Under the pieces are notes generated by a model. The model had not been told where the DNA came from. It was given only the letters and a program-made list of their open reading frames with translations, and searched no databases. From assembly GCF_000020225.1 (NCBI RefSeq), contig NC_010655.1:1740001-1772000 (forward strand): DNA of 32,000 nucleotides, given 5' to 3'. Made by a program: the position numbers and the translations under genes. This document shows positions 15,606 to 24,225 of this stretch, in pieces. This stretch comes from Akkermansia muciniphila ATCC BAA-835. Its GTDB lineage: Bacteria > Verrucomicrobiota > Verrucomicrobiia > Verrucomicrobiales > Akkermansiaceae. How positions within the stretch are numbered: position 1 is the stretch's first letter; every line of letters starts with the position of its first letter.

Positions 15606-16541
15606 TCACCTGGGAGGCCCCTGTTTTTCATCCTTTCTGCCGGGGCGGGAAAGAAAGCCTACCAGCTTGTCATAATACGCTTTGGATTTGTCGTAGTAGG
15701 ATTGAGGGTCAATATCCAGTTTGGTGCGGAACAGGAGCCAGAGCTTGTGGAAGGTGTTGACGCGGTAGCGGATGTCGAAAATACGGAAGCCGCTCGCCTT
15801 CATTTTGTCCAGAATGGTATGGTAAATGAGCGCCATGGCCTGCGCCGGAATAAGGGCGGCTTTGTCTTCCGGGCTGAGAAGGTTGTATTCCCTCTCCGCT
15901 TCCGCAAAGAAAGTTTCCGCCAGATCCGCTTCATATTTCAGCAGCTCCTGAAGCCGGGGGGAATACACCCTGCAGCGCAGGTCTTCCAGGGTGTATCCAA
16001 AGCGGTCCATATCCTCCTTGGGCAAATAAATGCGGTTGGACTTGCCGCAGTCTTCCGCCACGTCCCGGATGATGTTCACCATTTGAAGGGCATGCCCCAG
16101 GGCAATGGCGTACGGATAGGAGGCTTCTCCCGCCCCCATGATGCGGGCGGAGGTGAGGCCCACGCAGCAGGCTACGCAGTAGGTGTAGTCCAGCAGTTCA
16201 TCGCGGCTGCGGGGCTGCTGCTGGCAGATGTCCGAACGGCAGCCTTCAATCAGGTGCAGCATGGGAGTAGTGTCCAGCTCCAAATCCTGGATGAGGGCTA
16301 TGATGTCCTCCTCCAGTTCCGTCAGTTCCAGGCCTTCTCCGCCGTTGATGACCTCCACCCAGCGGTTCAATGCGTCGTGGCGTTCGCGGGGAGTCATGCC
16401 CGGTTCGTCCACGATATCGTCCACCGTGCGGCAGAAAGCGTAAAATTCCGCCATATGGCGGCGTTCTTCTTCAGGAAGATCAATGAGGGCAAAGGCCAGG
16501 TTGGACTTGGCCTTGCTGGTGATGGTTTGGGCTTGAGTCAT
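15606..16541 (-). CDS. Squalene/phytoene synthase family prenyl-diphosphate condensing enzyme (HpnC/HpnD/CrtB-like)
   Basis: First Asp-rich motif YAFCRTVDDIVDE, second NIIRDVAEDCGKSNRIYLPKED, and the typical intervening LDYTYCVACCVG and ALQMVN segments. Confidence 0.85.
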   Translation of the reverse strand: MTQAQTITSKAKSNLAFALIDLPEEERRHMAEFYAFCRTVDDIVDEPGMTPRERHDALNRWVEVINGGEGLELTELEEDIIALIQDLELDTTPMLHLIEGCRSDICQQQPRSRDELLDYTYCVACCVGLTSARIMGAGEASYPYAIALGHALQMVNIIRDVAEDCGKSNRIYLPKEDMDRFGYTLEDLRCRVYSPRLQELLKYEADLAETFFAEAEREYNLLSPEDKAALIPAQAMALIYHTILDKMKASGFRIFDIRYRVNTFHKLWLLFRTKLDIDPQSYYDKSKAYYDKLVGFLSRPGRKDEKQGPPR

Positions 16542-16580
16542 GTCTTGACGGAAAAAACGTGCCTGCGAAAAGGATAAAAA

Positions 16581-17876
16581 TCATGGAATAAGGCCCCAGT
16601 GGGAAGTAAAGGGCCACAGGCAGAAGCTGGCGGGGCCTACGATGTTGTACTGGCGGACGGGGCCCCAGTACCGGGAATCAAAGGAATTTTCGCGGGTGGA
16701 ATTGTCCCCCAGTGCCACGTATTCACGCAGATAGGGGCGTTTGCTGTCGTTGGACAGATGCACGGTTCCCCCTTCCGTGATGTAAGCTCTGCCGTCCAGC
16801 AGGCTCAGGGGGGCGGGAAGGGCCACGTAGCCGCAGGGCTGGTAGGGGGGCTTGCCGGAAGCAACCCTCTGGATAGTCCATTCCGTGGCTGGTTTCCCAT
16901 TGACGATTAGCTGGGAGTCCTGAATGGAGAGGGTATCTCCCGGAATGCCGCAGAGGCGTTTGACGTAGTGGGTTCCTCCTTCCTGGCCGGTGCTGCTTCC
17001 CTTATTGGCGATGCCTTCGATGCCGCGTGTATCAAAGACGAAGACTTCCCCTCGTTCCGGCTTGCGGAAGTGGTAGGCCATTTTATTCACCACGATTAGG
17101 TCCCCGGCGTCAAAACGGGCATTGACGATTGTGTCTCCGGGCAGGTAGCTTCTGAACGGGGTGTGCCGTTCGGCTTCAAAGCGCGGTTCCTGATTGAGGA
17201 AGTAGCGGCGCGTTTCCGCTTCCGCTGCCGGGATTTCCAGCTTGGAGCCGTCATCGAAAATCACGTTGGTCACCGTGAGCAGAAGATACTTGGTGGCAGG
17301 TTCGAAACGGACGATTTTCTTTTCCTTGGAGGCCGTTTCGTGCACATAGGAGCCGCCGTACAGAATCATGTCCCCGATTTTCTGCATCAGGGTGGGATCC
17401 CCTTCCTGGGGAAGGGCGCGGATTCCGTTCAGGGAGGGCTGCATGGAACCGGTCGGGATGCGGAAGGGCTGGACTACATAACAGCGCAAACCCAGGAAAA
17501 TGGCCAGAATCACGAACAGAACTTCCACGTTTTCCGCCAGGGCGGAAGGAATCGCTCCGGGGATGGATTCCAGCGTGGATTCCAGTTTGGCGGTAATGGT
17601 TTCCGCCTGCTGCCTGTCACCCCGGTAAAGGGCCGTTTTCAGCAGGTTGCGGCTTTCTTCAAACTCCGCCAGGCGTTCGGGAGGCAGAAGATCGCGATTG
17701 TAGTTGATGTAGCGGCGCACTGCTTTCAGGGCCATACGTCCTTTCCGGCGCCATTTGGGCGTGAACCAGGCCAGAGGATGATCCAGAAGAAACACCAGAA
17801 CGGCGTTTGCAGCCGGAAAGCAATCGTAAAGGGCAGCTAGGATGGACTTGTGCGGGCTATTCATGAAGTACGGCAT
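16581..17876 (-). CDS. lepB: Signal peptidase I (LepB, S26) with long N-terminal extension
   Basis: Box B RIPTGSMQPSLNG (nucleophile Ser), GDLIVVNKMAY..RKPERGEVFVFD, box D YVKRLCGIPGDTL (Lys), box E ALGDNSTRENSFDSRYWGPV. Confidence 0.9.
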   Translation of the reverse strand: MPYFMNSPHKSILAALYDCFPAANAVLVFLLDHPLAWFTPKWRRKGRMALKAVRRYINYNRDLLPPERLAEFEESRNLLKTALYRGDRQQAETITAKLESTLESIPGAIPSALAENVEVLFVILAIFLGLRCYVVQPFRIPTGSMQPSLNGIRALPQEGDPTLMQKIGDMILYGGSYVHETASKEKKIVRFEPATKYLLLTVTNVIFDDGSKLEIPAAEAETRRYFLNQEPRFEAERHTPFRSYLPGDTIVNARFDAGDLIVVNKMAYHFRKPERGEVFVFDTRGIEGIANKGSSTGQEGGTHYVKRLCGIPGDTLSIQDSQLIVNGKPATEWTIQRVASGKPPYQPCGYVALPAPLSLLDGRAYITEGGTVHLSNDSKRPYLREYVALGDNSTRENSFDSRYWGPVRQYNIVGPASFCLWPFTSHWGLIP

Positions 17877-17919
17877 TCATGATGCCCCGTCCGGAGGCGT
17901 CATGGAAGTTTATTTTACG

Positions 17920-19296
17920 TTACGGAAGCCCCATTTTTCCAGGATTCAGCAAATTTTTTGGGTCCAGGGCGGATTTGACCAGTTCGTGCAGGTGGTAGGC
18001 GCCTTCCCCCACGGCTTTCCGGAACCATTTGGCCTTCGCCAGGCCGATGCCGTGTTCCCCGGTAATGGCGCCTCCGTGTGCCAGCACCCAGTGGAACAGC
18101 CTGTCCACACAGGCGTCCGCCAGGGCTTTCTTCTCTGGATTCGCATAATCGTCCACCATGATGTTGGTATGGATGTTGCCGTCCCCGGAATGGCCGAAAC
18201 ACGCGATGTCCAGCCCTGTTTCCCGGTTCAGGGCCTCGCAGAATTCCACCAGGGCCACCAGGCGCGATCTGGGGATGACGATGTCTTCGTTGAGCTTGGT
18301 CATTCCGGTTGCTTTCAGGCTGTAGGAAAATTCCCGGCGGAGTTGCCAGATGGCTTCCGCCTCCGCTTCCGTGTCTGCGCGCAGAATTCCGGTCGCGCCG
18401 CATTCTTCCAGCAGGGTGCATAGCGAATCCAGTTCCTCACGCACGGCGGGCCGCCTGCCGTCCACTTCCACAATCAGGTGGCCGCGGCAGCCGGAAGGCA
18501 GGGCGCTGTCCCCCAGATAGTTCCGGGCGGCGCGGAGAGTGAAACTGTCCGTTATTTCCAGGGCGGAGGGAAGATGCCCGCTGTTCAGGATGCGCTGCAC
18601 GGCGGCAGCGGCCAGCGGGAATTGCGGGAAGCCGGCGCTGAGCGCGCCGAATGCTTCCGGGTGGGGGATGAGCCTCAAAACGGCCCGGGTGATGATGCCC
18701 AGCATTCCTTCCGAACCGATAAAAAGGTCCCCGATATCGAACCCCGTCTTGTTTTTATGGGTGCGTCCGCCGCATTCCACTACCTCTCCGCTGGCAAGCA
18801 CCACGGTCAGCCCCAGCACGTAAGCTCTGGTGACTCCATATTTCAGGCATCTGGGGCCGCCTGCGTTCGTGGCGATGTTTCCTCCGATGCTGCATTCCTT
18901 TCTGGAGGCCGGGTCCGGCGGGTAGAACCATCCCAGAGCACGGGCTTCCCGCTGGAGATCCGCTGTGATAACTCCGGGTTCCACCACGGCAACGCCGTCT
19001 TCCGGGGATATCTCCAGGATACGGTTCATCCGTTCCAGGGAAAGGCTGATGCCTCCGCGCACGGGAACACACCCTCCTACGTATCCCACCCCGCCGCCGC
19101 GGGCCGTGACGGGGATGTTCATGGAGGATGCATAGCGCAGCAACAGGGAGACGTCTTCCGTACTTTCCGGGAAAACGACTGCCTCCGGCAGCACGGAGGC
19201 GTACCATTTGTCCCCGGCGTGCGTCGCCAGCACATCCGGGGCTCCGGAAACTTTTTCAGGCCCCAGAATGCGGGAAATGTCTTCTTTCAAAGACAT
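17920..19296 (-). CDS. FAD-linked oxidase (GlcD / D-lactate dehydrogenase family)
   Basis: FAD_binding_4-type N-terminus (PEAVVFPESTEDVSLLLRYASSMNIPVTARGGGVGYVGG) and a C-terminal FAD-oxidase_C pattern (GHSGDGNIHTNI....ITGEHGIGLAK....DPKNLLNPGK). Confidence 0.9.
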   Translation of the reverse strand: MSLKEDISRILGPEKVSGAPDVLATHAGDKWYASVLPEAVVFPESTEDVSLLLRYASSMNIPVTARGGGVGYVGGCVPVRGGISLSLERMNRILEISPEDGVAVVEPGVITADLQREARALGWFYPPDPASRKECSIGGNIATNAGGPRCLKYGVTRAYVLGLTVVLASGEVVECGGRTHKNKTGFDIGDLFIGSEGMLGIITRAVLRLIPHPEAFGALSAGFPQFPLAAAAVQRILNSGHLPSALEITDSFTLRAARNYLGDSALPSGCRGHLIVEVDGRRPAVREELDSLCTLLEECGATGILRADTEAEAEAIWQLRREFSYSLKATGMTKLNEDIVIPRSRLVALVEFCEALNRETGLDIACFGHSGDGNIHTNIMVDDYANPEKKALADACVDRLFHWVLAHGGAITGEHGIGLAKAKWFRKAVGEGAYHLHELVKSALDPKNLLNPGKMGLP

Positions 19297-19299
19297 GGA

Positions 19300-19884
19300 T
19301 TATTTGAGAATGGGGGTGCAGAAGCAGTCCGGGCGGTGGAAATCCGGATTGCCGGAAAGGTCGTCCGCCGTAGTCAGGAAAATCTGGTCCGGAGTATCCA
19401 GGATGAACGTGGCTGCCAGCTTGCAGTCGCGGATGTCCACGCCGCGCAGTTCGTTCAGCGGAATCCGGGCCATGGCGCACCATCCCTCGTCCGTCAGAAT
19501 GCACTTGGTATCCACGGCCAGCGGAGCGGGGATGTCTTCATTGGCGCGGCGGGTATCGGAAAAGGCGCAGGCCCACCATGCGCCGTTGGGCGCAAGGTTG
19601 AATTCCCAGTAATTGGTGCCGTCTCCCGCGGCCATGAACCATTCCGCCAGGTCGTACCGCCATAGCTCCGGCTGGAACTGGCCGGGCCGGGCTTCCGGAT
19701 GGATGGTGGCTGCCTTGCTGCGGGAAGCCAGAAACCAGAGGAATTCTCCGTCCGTGGCGAAGGCGAATTCCGCACTTGGCTCCACATCATAGCCGAACCA
19801 GTCGTTGACGAGTTCCTGGCGGGGCAGGGAGGCAAGCTGGTCGAAGCTTCCGTTGAAGGCCCATTGGTGAATGATTACTTGCAT
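19300..19884 (-). CDS. Cytoplasmic CBM9-like/DOMON-like beta-sandwich domain protein (function unknown)
   Basis: Pattern ...ELWRYDLAEWFMAAGDGTNYWEFNLAPNGAWWACAF...GWCAMARIPLNEL resembles the 'carbohydrate family 9 binding domain-like' signature (D.vE.F......YyEf.v.P.G). There is no signal peptide. Its stop lies 3 nt from the start of the FAD oxidase gene. Confidence 0.6.
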   Translation of the reverse strand: MQVIIHQWAFNGSFDQLASLPRQELVNDWFGYDVEPSAEFAFATDGEFLWFLASRSKAATIHPEARPGQFQPELWRYDLAEWFMAAGDGTNYWEFNLAPNGAWWACAFSDTRRANEDIPAPLAVDTKCILTDEGWCAMARIPLNELRGVDIRDCKLAATFILDTPDQIFLTTADDLSGNPDFHRPDCFCTPILK

Positions 19885-19964
19885 ACCACCACATTTGGAC
19901 AGTTTTCAGGTTTTATCAAGCCAGAACGTCTTACAGGCTTGGATATTGACGTGATTTCTCCATC

Positions 19965-20630
19965 ATGGGGGCCGTCATGCATTTTCAAAGGACGCTGAAT
20001 CGGTTTTCCCGCGAAAACGTTCCCGGGTATCTGGCTGTGTTCATCGGCGGTTTCGGGGACATGTTTGCGGGTTGTTTGAGCCGTGTGGAGAAAGGATTTC
20101 CCGGTTTTTTGCCGGGTGTGGAGTACGCAACGGCTTATTACCACTGGGACGGAGGCGGCTGCGGCGTGTTTTTTGACAGGTGCGGAAAAATAGCGGTGGA
20201 GCTGGAAGAGCTGAGACGGAGATATCCCGGGCTGCCTGTCGTGTTGATAGGACACAGCTACGGAGGCTCCTGCGCGGTGGAAGTAGCCAGGCGCCAGTCG
20301 GTTCAGGCTGCTCCTCTTTGCCTCCTGACGGTAGATGCCGTGGCGCGCAGGCAAAAGAGCGTGCGTCCGGCCTGTGTGGAATGGTGGGGGAACGCTTACC
20401 TGCAGGATGGCGGCGGCTTCATGGACGCGGTGCCCAGAATAGGCGGACGCTGGGGACATTGCGCCGGGGCTGATGCCAATCTTGCTTTTTCCGGCTACAG
20501 TCGTGACCGGGAGGGCCGCCTTTATTCTCACCGGCGTCCTGCGCCCATGCTTTATGAGCCGCCTGGGGAAGAAGCATGCAGCCTTTTTCAAGCCGCTGCC
20601 TCCTGGCTGGAAAGAAATCTTCCGGACTGA
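19965..20630 (+). CDS. Small alpha/beta-hydrolase-fold protein (putative esterase/lipase-like)
   Basis: Nucleophile elbow VVLIGHSYGGSCA (GxSxG) preceded by a beta-strand/helix pattern. The overlapping 238-aa minus-strand ORF is Arg-rich and featureless. Confidence 0.55.
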   Translation: MGAVMHFQRTLNRFSRENVPGYLAVFIGGFGDMFAGCLSRVEKGFPGFLPGVEYATAYYHWDGGGCGVFFDRCGKIAVELEELRRRYPGLPVVLIGHSYGGSCAVEVARRQSVQAAPLCLLTVDAVARRQKSVRPACVEWWGNAYLQDGGGFMDAVPRIGGRWGHCAGADANLAFSGYSRDREGRLYSHRRPAPMLYEPPGEEACSLFQAAASWLERNLPD

Positions 20631-20658
20631 ACTGCCGGAGCCGTGCTACCGGTTCAGT
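20626..20658. terminator. Hairpin between convergent genes (possible bidirectional terminator)
   Basis: actgaac(tg)ccgg-N10-ccggttcagt spans the TGA of the hydrolase gene (20628-20630) and the TAG of the EpsI gene (20646-20648). Confidence 0.3.
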
Positions 20659-21368
20659 TCATCCCACTTCACCAGTTGGGAAAGAAGTTGGCTGATAAGG
20701 CGTTCCGTCTGTTCCCTGGCTTTCTCTTCCGGCACTCTGATCTTGTCCCCGTACGTGGTGGAAATTTGGAAATAGCACCAGCGTTGATCCATGCCGTGCA
20801 GAACCCTGTCTTTCATATCCATCAGGGTGCGGATCAAGTGGTCTTCCGTCATGTGGCGGTGGCCGATAAATACGTAATAATGCATACTGTCCAGAATGAC
20901 AGGTTGCGGATGGTCCGGAGCGATGTTCTGCTGGGATTTCAGCTTGGTCATTCTGATGGTTCCGCGGCCTTCCACGGGAACATCCACCGTGGTCCCCGTC
21001 AGGTTAAAATGGCCCTGGGCCGGGAGGCAGCGTTCCGGACGGTGGATGGAGTTGTTTAAATCATGACCGGATTTCACGATGGAAACGCGGCACAAAACGG
21101 GTACGGTTTCCGTCGCATCCAGACTGATGGGGAGTTCCTGCACGTAATCCGCTTTGGAAAATTCCGTATCCGGGGCCAGGATGCCCCGTTCCTGTTCGGA
21201 TTCCTGCCGGCGCGTGCCGTGCCAGCCGTACGGATTCATGCCTGTGGGGAGATCCATGCTGATGGAGGAGTCCTGCACTTCCCCCCTGCGTGGCATCAGG
21301 TAAGTGCCGCCGAGCATGACGGACAGCAGAAAAGGGATGATGAGAATTTTGAGCGTTTTAATATTCAT
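20646..21368 (-). CDS. epsI: EpsI-family exosortase-associated protein
   Basis: N-terminal TM/signal anchor and the hallmark HRPERCLPAQGH motif (H.PE.CLP..G). Its size (240 aa) and position immediately downstream of the exosortase gene also fit. Confidence 0.8.
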   Translation of the reverse strand: MNIKTLKILIIPFLLSVMLGGTYLMPRRGEVQDSSISMDLPTGMNPYGWHGTRRQESEQERGILAPDTEFSKADYVQELPISLDATETVPVLCRVSIVKSGHDLNNSIHRPERCLPAQGHFNLTGTTVDVPVEGRGTIRMTKLKSQQNIAPDHPQPVILDSMHYYVFIGHRHMTEDHLIRTLMDMKDRVLHGMDQRWCYFQISTTYGDKIRVPEEKAREQTERLISQLLSQLVKWDELNR

Positions 21369-21382
21369 GGCGGCGGAAACGC

Positions 21383-22333
21383 TTAATGGGACTTGTTCAT
21401 CTTAACAACCAGCTTCTTGCGCTGTGACGGCTTCCAGATGAGTTCCCCGGCCAGCAGGGAGTGGACGGCTGCCAGGCCGAAAAGGCTGATAGGGAAAAAA
21501 AACAGCAGGCCGGACCAGTCATGCCAGGTTTTTGACGCAAACTCGGGATTTCCGTATTCCGCCATCACCACGATGCTGGTGATGCGGACACCGTTGCCGA
21601 TGACGGCCAGGGGAATCGCGCTGAGGAAGAGCACGCATTTTTTCCAGAATTTCAAGTCGGACAGGTAGGCCCAGGCTGCGGACAGCATGAGCAGTGCCAT
21701 CAGGGAACGCATGCCGCTGCACCCTCCTGCAATATTGAAGGCATCCCAGTGTCCGCCGGTAGAGCGGATATTGGTGCCCTGCAGATAGGTGTCCACCCCG
21801 AAGATGCTTGCCCCCCAATGCCCCAGTTCCGTCGCGATGATTTGAAGCCCCACCGTAGCCTGCTGGAAGGAGGGCAGGGGGATGCACAGCCAGAAAAAGA
21901 GCAGCGGGAAGGCGCACAGCCTGGCGGTCTGCGGTCCGGCCAGGTACCAGGCCCCGCCCAGTAAAATCAGGGGAAGAGCGCCTACGGCCACGCGAGGCTG
22001 CCCCACGCGGAAGGAAAGCATCAGAAGCATGATCGCCGGGATGAAAAGAATCAGGCCGCGCCAGTCCATGCGTCTGGGTGCCTGGGCAATTATCTTTCTG
22101 GCATGGTACAGCATGAAGATGATGATGGGAACCACCAGCCAGCCGTGTTCATAATCCGTTTGCTTGTTCCAGGAGGAAATGAGCCACTGGATGCTGTTTT
22201 CATTTCCGAATGAACCGAATTCCGGGAATGCCAGATAGTTCAGCGCCAGCAGCAGCGTGCTCACGGCCAGGGCGGCGATCATGGGGGCGGTCAGAAATCT
22301 CTCTTTGCCATCAGGAACGGGGGAATCCATCAT
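21383..22333 (-). CDS. Exosortase (EpsH/Xrt family transpeptidase for PEP-CTERM proteins)
   Basis: Polytopic membrane protein with the conserved catalytic-site motifs GGCSGMRSL (Cys), IGNGVRIT (Arg) and a downstream His (TWHDWSG). Confidence 0.85.
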   Translation of the reverse strand: MMDSPVPDGKERFLTAPMIAALAVSTLLLALNYLAFPEFGSFGNENSIQWLISSWNKQTDYEHGWLVVPIIIFMLYHARKIIAQAPRRMDWRGLILFIPAIMLLMLSFRVGQPRVAVGALPLILLGGAWYLAGPQTARLCAFPLLFFWLCIPLPSFQQATVGLQIIATELGHWGASIFGVDTYLQGTNIRSTGGHWDAFNIAGGCSGMRSLMALLMLSAAWAYLSDLKFWKKCVLFLSAIPLAVIGNGVRITSIVVMAEYGNPEFASKTWHDWSGLLFFFPISLFGLAAVHSLLAGELIWKPSQRKKLVVKMNKSH

Positions 22334-22415
22334 GGAGAAAAATCAAATTGTGAGAATTAAGTATTGCGATTATGCGGGCCTGTGTTCAGAATGCGTCCGC
22401 TTTTCAGTTTCCGGT

Positions 22416-23345
22416 ATGAAGATTATCAGCGGTACAGCACACAGAGAACTTGCGGAGCGCATTGCGCAAAGCGTAGGCATTCAGTTGACGAACGTCACGG
22501 TGAATACTTTCCCCGATGGGGAAAGTTTTGTAAAGATAAATGAAAACATCCGGGGCAAGGATGTTTTCCTCATTCAGCCCACCTGCCCTCCCACGAACCA
22601 TAATATTATGGAATTGTGCGTGATGGTGGACGCCGCCCGCCGCGCCAGTGCCGGACGCATCACGGCTGTTGTTCCTTTCTTCGGGTATGCCCGCCAGGAT
22701 CGCAAGGACCAGCCCCGCGTTCCCATTACCGCCAAGTTGGTGGCCAATCTGCTGACGGCCGCCGGAGTGGACCGCGTGCTGACTATGGATCTCCATGCCG
22801 CCCAGATCCAGGGATTCTTTGATATTCCGGTGGATCACCTGTACGCCGCCCCCGTTTTAATCCGTCACCTGCGCGAACATTATGTTAAAGACCTCAAGAA
22901 ACTGGTCGTCGTCTCCCCGGACGTGGGCGGCGTGAAAATGGCTCGCGCGTATTCCGACGCGCTGGGTGCGGAATTGGCCATTGTTGCCAAGCACCGCGTC
23001 AACGCCACCCATGTGGAAGCCATGAATGTCATTGGTGACGTGGAAGGGCGCGATGCCGTTCTGATTGACGACATGACGGAAACCGCCGGCACCCTGTGCG
23101 CTGCCGCCAATATCCTGAAGGAACGGGGAGCCCAGCGCGTGTTCGCCTGCGTTTCTCACGGCGTGCTGGGGGACATGGCCCGCGAACGGATTTCCGGTTC
23201 CTGCATTGAACGCGTTCTTACCTCCGACACCGTTCCCATGGCCTATGGCCCCAAAGTGGACTGTGTCAGCGTGGGAGACCTGCTGGGCCATGCCGTGCAG
23301 CGCATACATGACGGAGAATCCGTATCATCATTATTTGACATTTAG
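22416..23345 (+). CDS. prs: Ribose-phosphate pyrophosphokinase (PRPP synthetase)
   Basis: MKIISGTAHRELAERIA....FPDGE..V.I.E..RG.DVFLIQ..C.P.N...MEL..M.DA.RRASA.RITAV.P.FGYARQDRK, DLHA.QIQGFF.IPVD, and the PRPP loop LIDDM..TAGT. The start is set at ATG 22416 to match the family N-terminus. Confidence 0.95.
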   Translation: MKIISGTAHRELAERIAQSVGIQLTNVTVNTFPDGESFVKINENIRGKDVFLIQPTCPPTNHNIMELCVMVDAARRASAGRITAVVPFFGYARQDRKDQPRVPITAKLVANLLTAAGVDRVLTMDLHAAQIQGFFDIPVDHLYAAPVLIRHLREHYVKDLKKLVVVSPDVGGVKMARAYSDALGAELAIVAKHRVNATHVEAMNVIGDVEGRDAVLIDDMTETAGTLCAAANILKERGAQRVFACVSHGVLGDMARERISGSCIERVLTSDTVPMAYGPKVDCVSVGDLLGHAVQRIHDGESVSSLFDI

Positions 23346-23478
23346 ACAATTTTAGTGCAGAGTCCTGCGCCCTGACCTGAGTACCGGTTTACGCGGGTTC
23401 GGAAATCCCGGCGGGGCCTCTGCCTGAACCCGATTAGGAAACATCATCAATCAACACTCAATATTGCCTCTATAAAAC

Positions 23479-24084
23479 ATGGCTACATCCCATTCCCTCA
23501 AGGCCGAAACGAGAGCCTGCGGCTCCGGTAATCTGAAGCAACTCCGCAGCCAGGGCCTGGTTCCCGGCGTGGTTTACGGTCCCGGTTTTGACAACGTCAA
23601 TATCCAGGTTGACGCCCGTGAATTTGCCCGCATGCTGGCTTCCGCCGTTTCCGAACACATCCTCGTGGCCCTGGATATCAACGGCAAGATCGTGAAGGTT
23701 CTCCTTAAGGAAGTGCAGCACAACCCCATCACCAACGCCTGCCTGCATGTGGACTTTCAGGCTGTGACCGATACCACGGTCATCCATTCCATTGTTCCCG
23801 TCATTCTGGAAGGCGATTCCGCCGGCGTGGCCCTGGGCGGCGTTCTGGACCAGACCATTCACGAACTGGCGATTATCTGCCAGGTGAAGGATCTGCCGGA
23901 AGCCATTACCGCTGACATTTCCGGTTTGAAACTGGGTGAAAGCCTGCGCATTACCGATCTCAAACTCCCCTCCGGCGTAACCACGGAACTGGCCGGGGAT
24001 GTGATTGTGGCTATTGTGGAAGCTCCCCGTGTTTCCGGCGAGGAAGCGGCTCCGGCTGCTGAAGAAGCTGTTGCCGAGAAATAA
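23479..24084 (+). CDS. rplY: 50S ribosomal protein L25 / general stress protein Ctc
   Basis: LKAETRACGSGNLKQLRSQGLVPGVVYG.....NIQVDAREF..........I..LDINGK...VLLKEVQHNPIT....HVDFQ, plus the Ctc-type C-terminal domain and an acidic tail. It follows prs, as in many bacteria. Confidence 0.9.
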   Translation: MATSHSLKAETRACGSGNLKQLRSQGLVPGVVYGPGFDNVNIQVDAREFARMLASAVSEHILVALDINGKIVKVLLKEVQHNPITNACLHVDFQAVTDTTVIHSIVPVILEGDSAGVALGGVLDQTIHELAIICQVKDLPEAITADISGLKLGESLRITDLKLPSGVTTELAGDVIVAIVEAPRVSGEEAAPAAEEAVAEK

Positions 24085-24116
24085 GTTTGATACGCCTGTT
24101 TCTTCTTTTACCGGGT

Positions 24117-24150
24117 CCGGAGCCGTTTTTGCGGCTCCGGGCTTTTTTTT
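24117..24150 (+). terminator. Rho-independent terminator downstream of rplY
   Basis: The ccggagccg-tttttg-cggctccgg stem-loop is followed by gc and a T8 run (24143-24150). Confidence 0.8.
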
Positions 24151-24225
24151 GTCGCCAACAGGGCATCTTTTGGTAAAGTGCAGGATACGTATTTGCCTGA
24201 TCAATCTGGAAAAAGCCTTAGATTT

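Noticed and set aside
15567-16577. 336-aa plus-strand ORF
   Set aside because: It is antisense to the squalene/phytoene synthase gene, which has both Asp-rich motifs.
19875-20591. 238-aa minus-strand ORF competing with the alpha/beta-hydrolase call
   Set aside because: It is basic and featureless, whereas the plus-strand frame contains a GHSYGG nucleophile elbow in a plausible context. Confidence in the plus-strand call is still only moderate.
23358-23423. Possible tRNA, suggested by a GGTTCGGAAATCC T-arm-like motif
   Set aside because: It is only about 66 nt. The T-loop would be 9 nt rather than 7. No D-arm or anticodon arm can be drawn, and there is a mismatch in the acceptor-like stem. 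It is kept only as a low-interest structural note.
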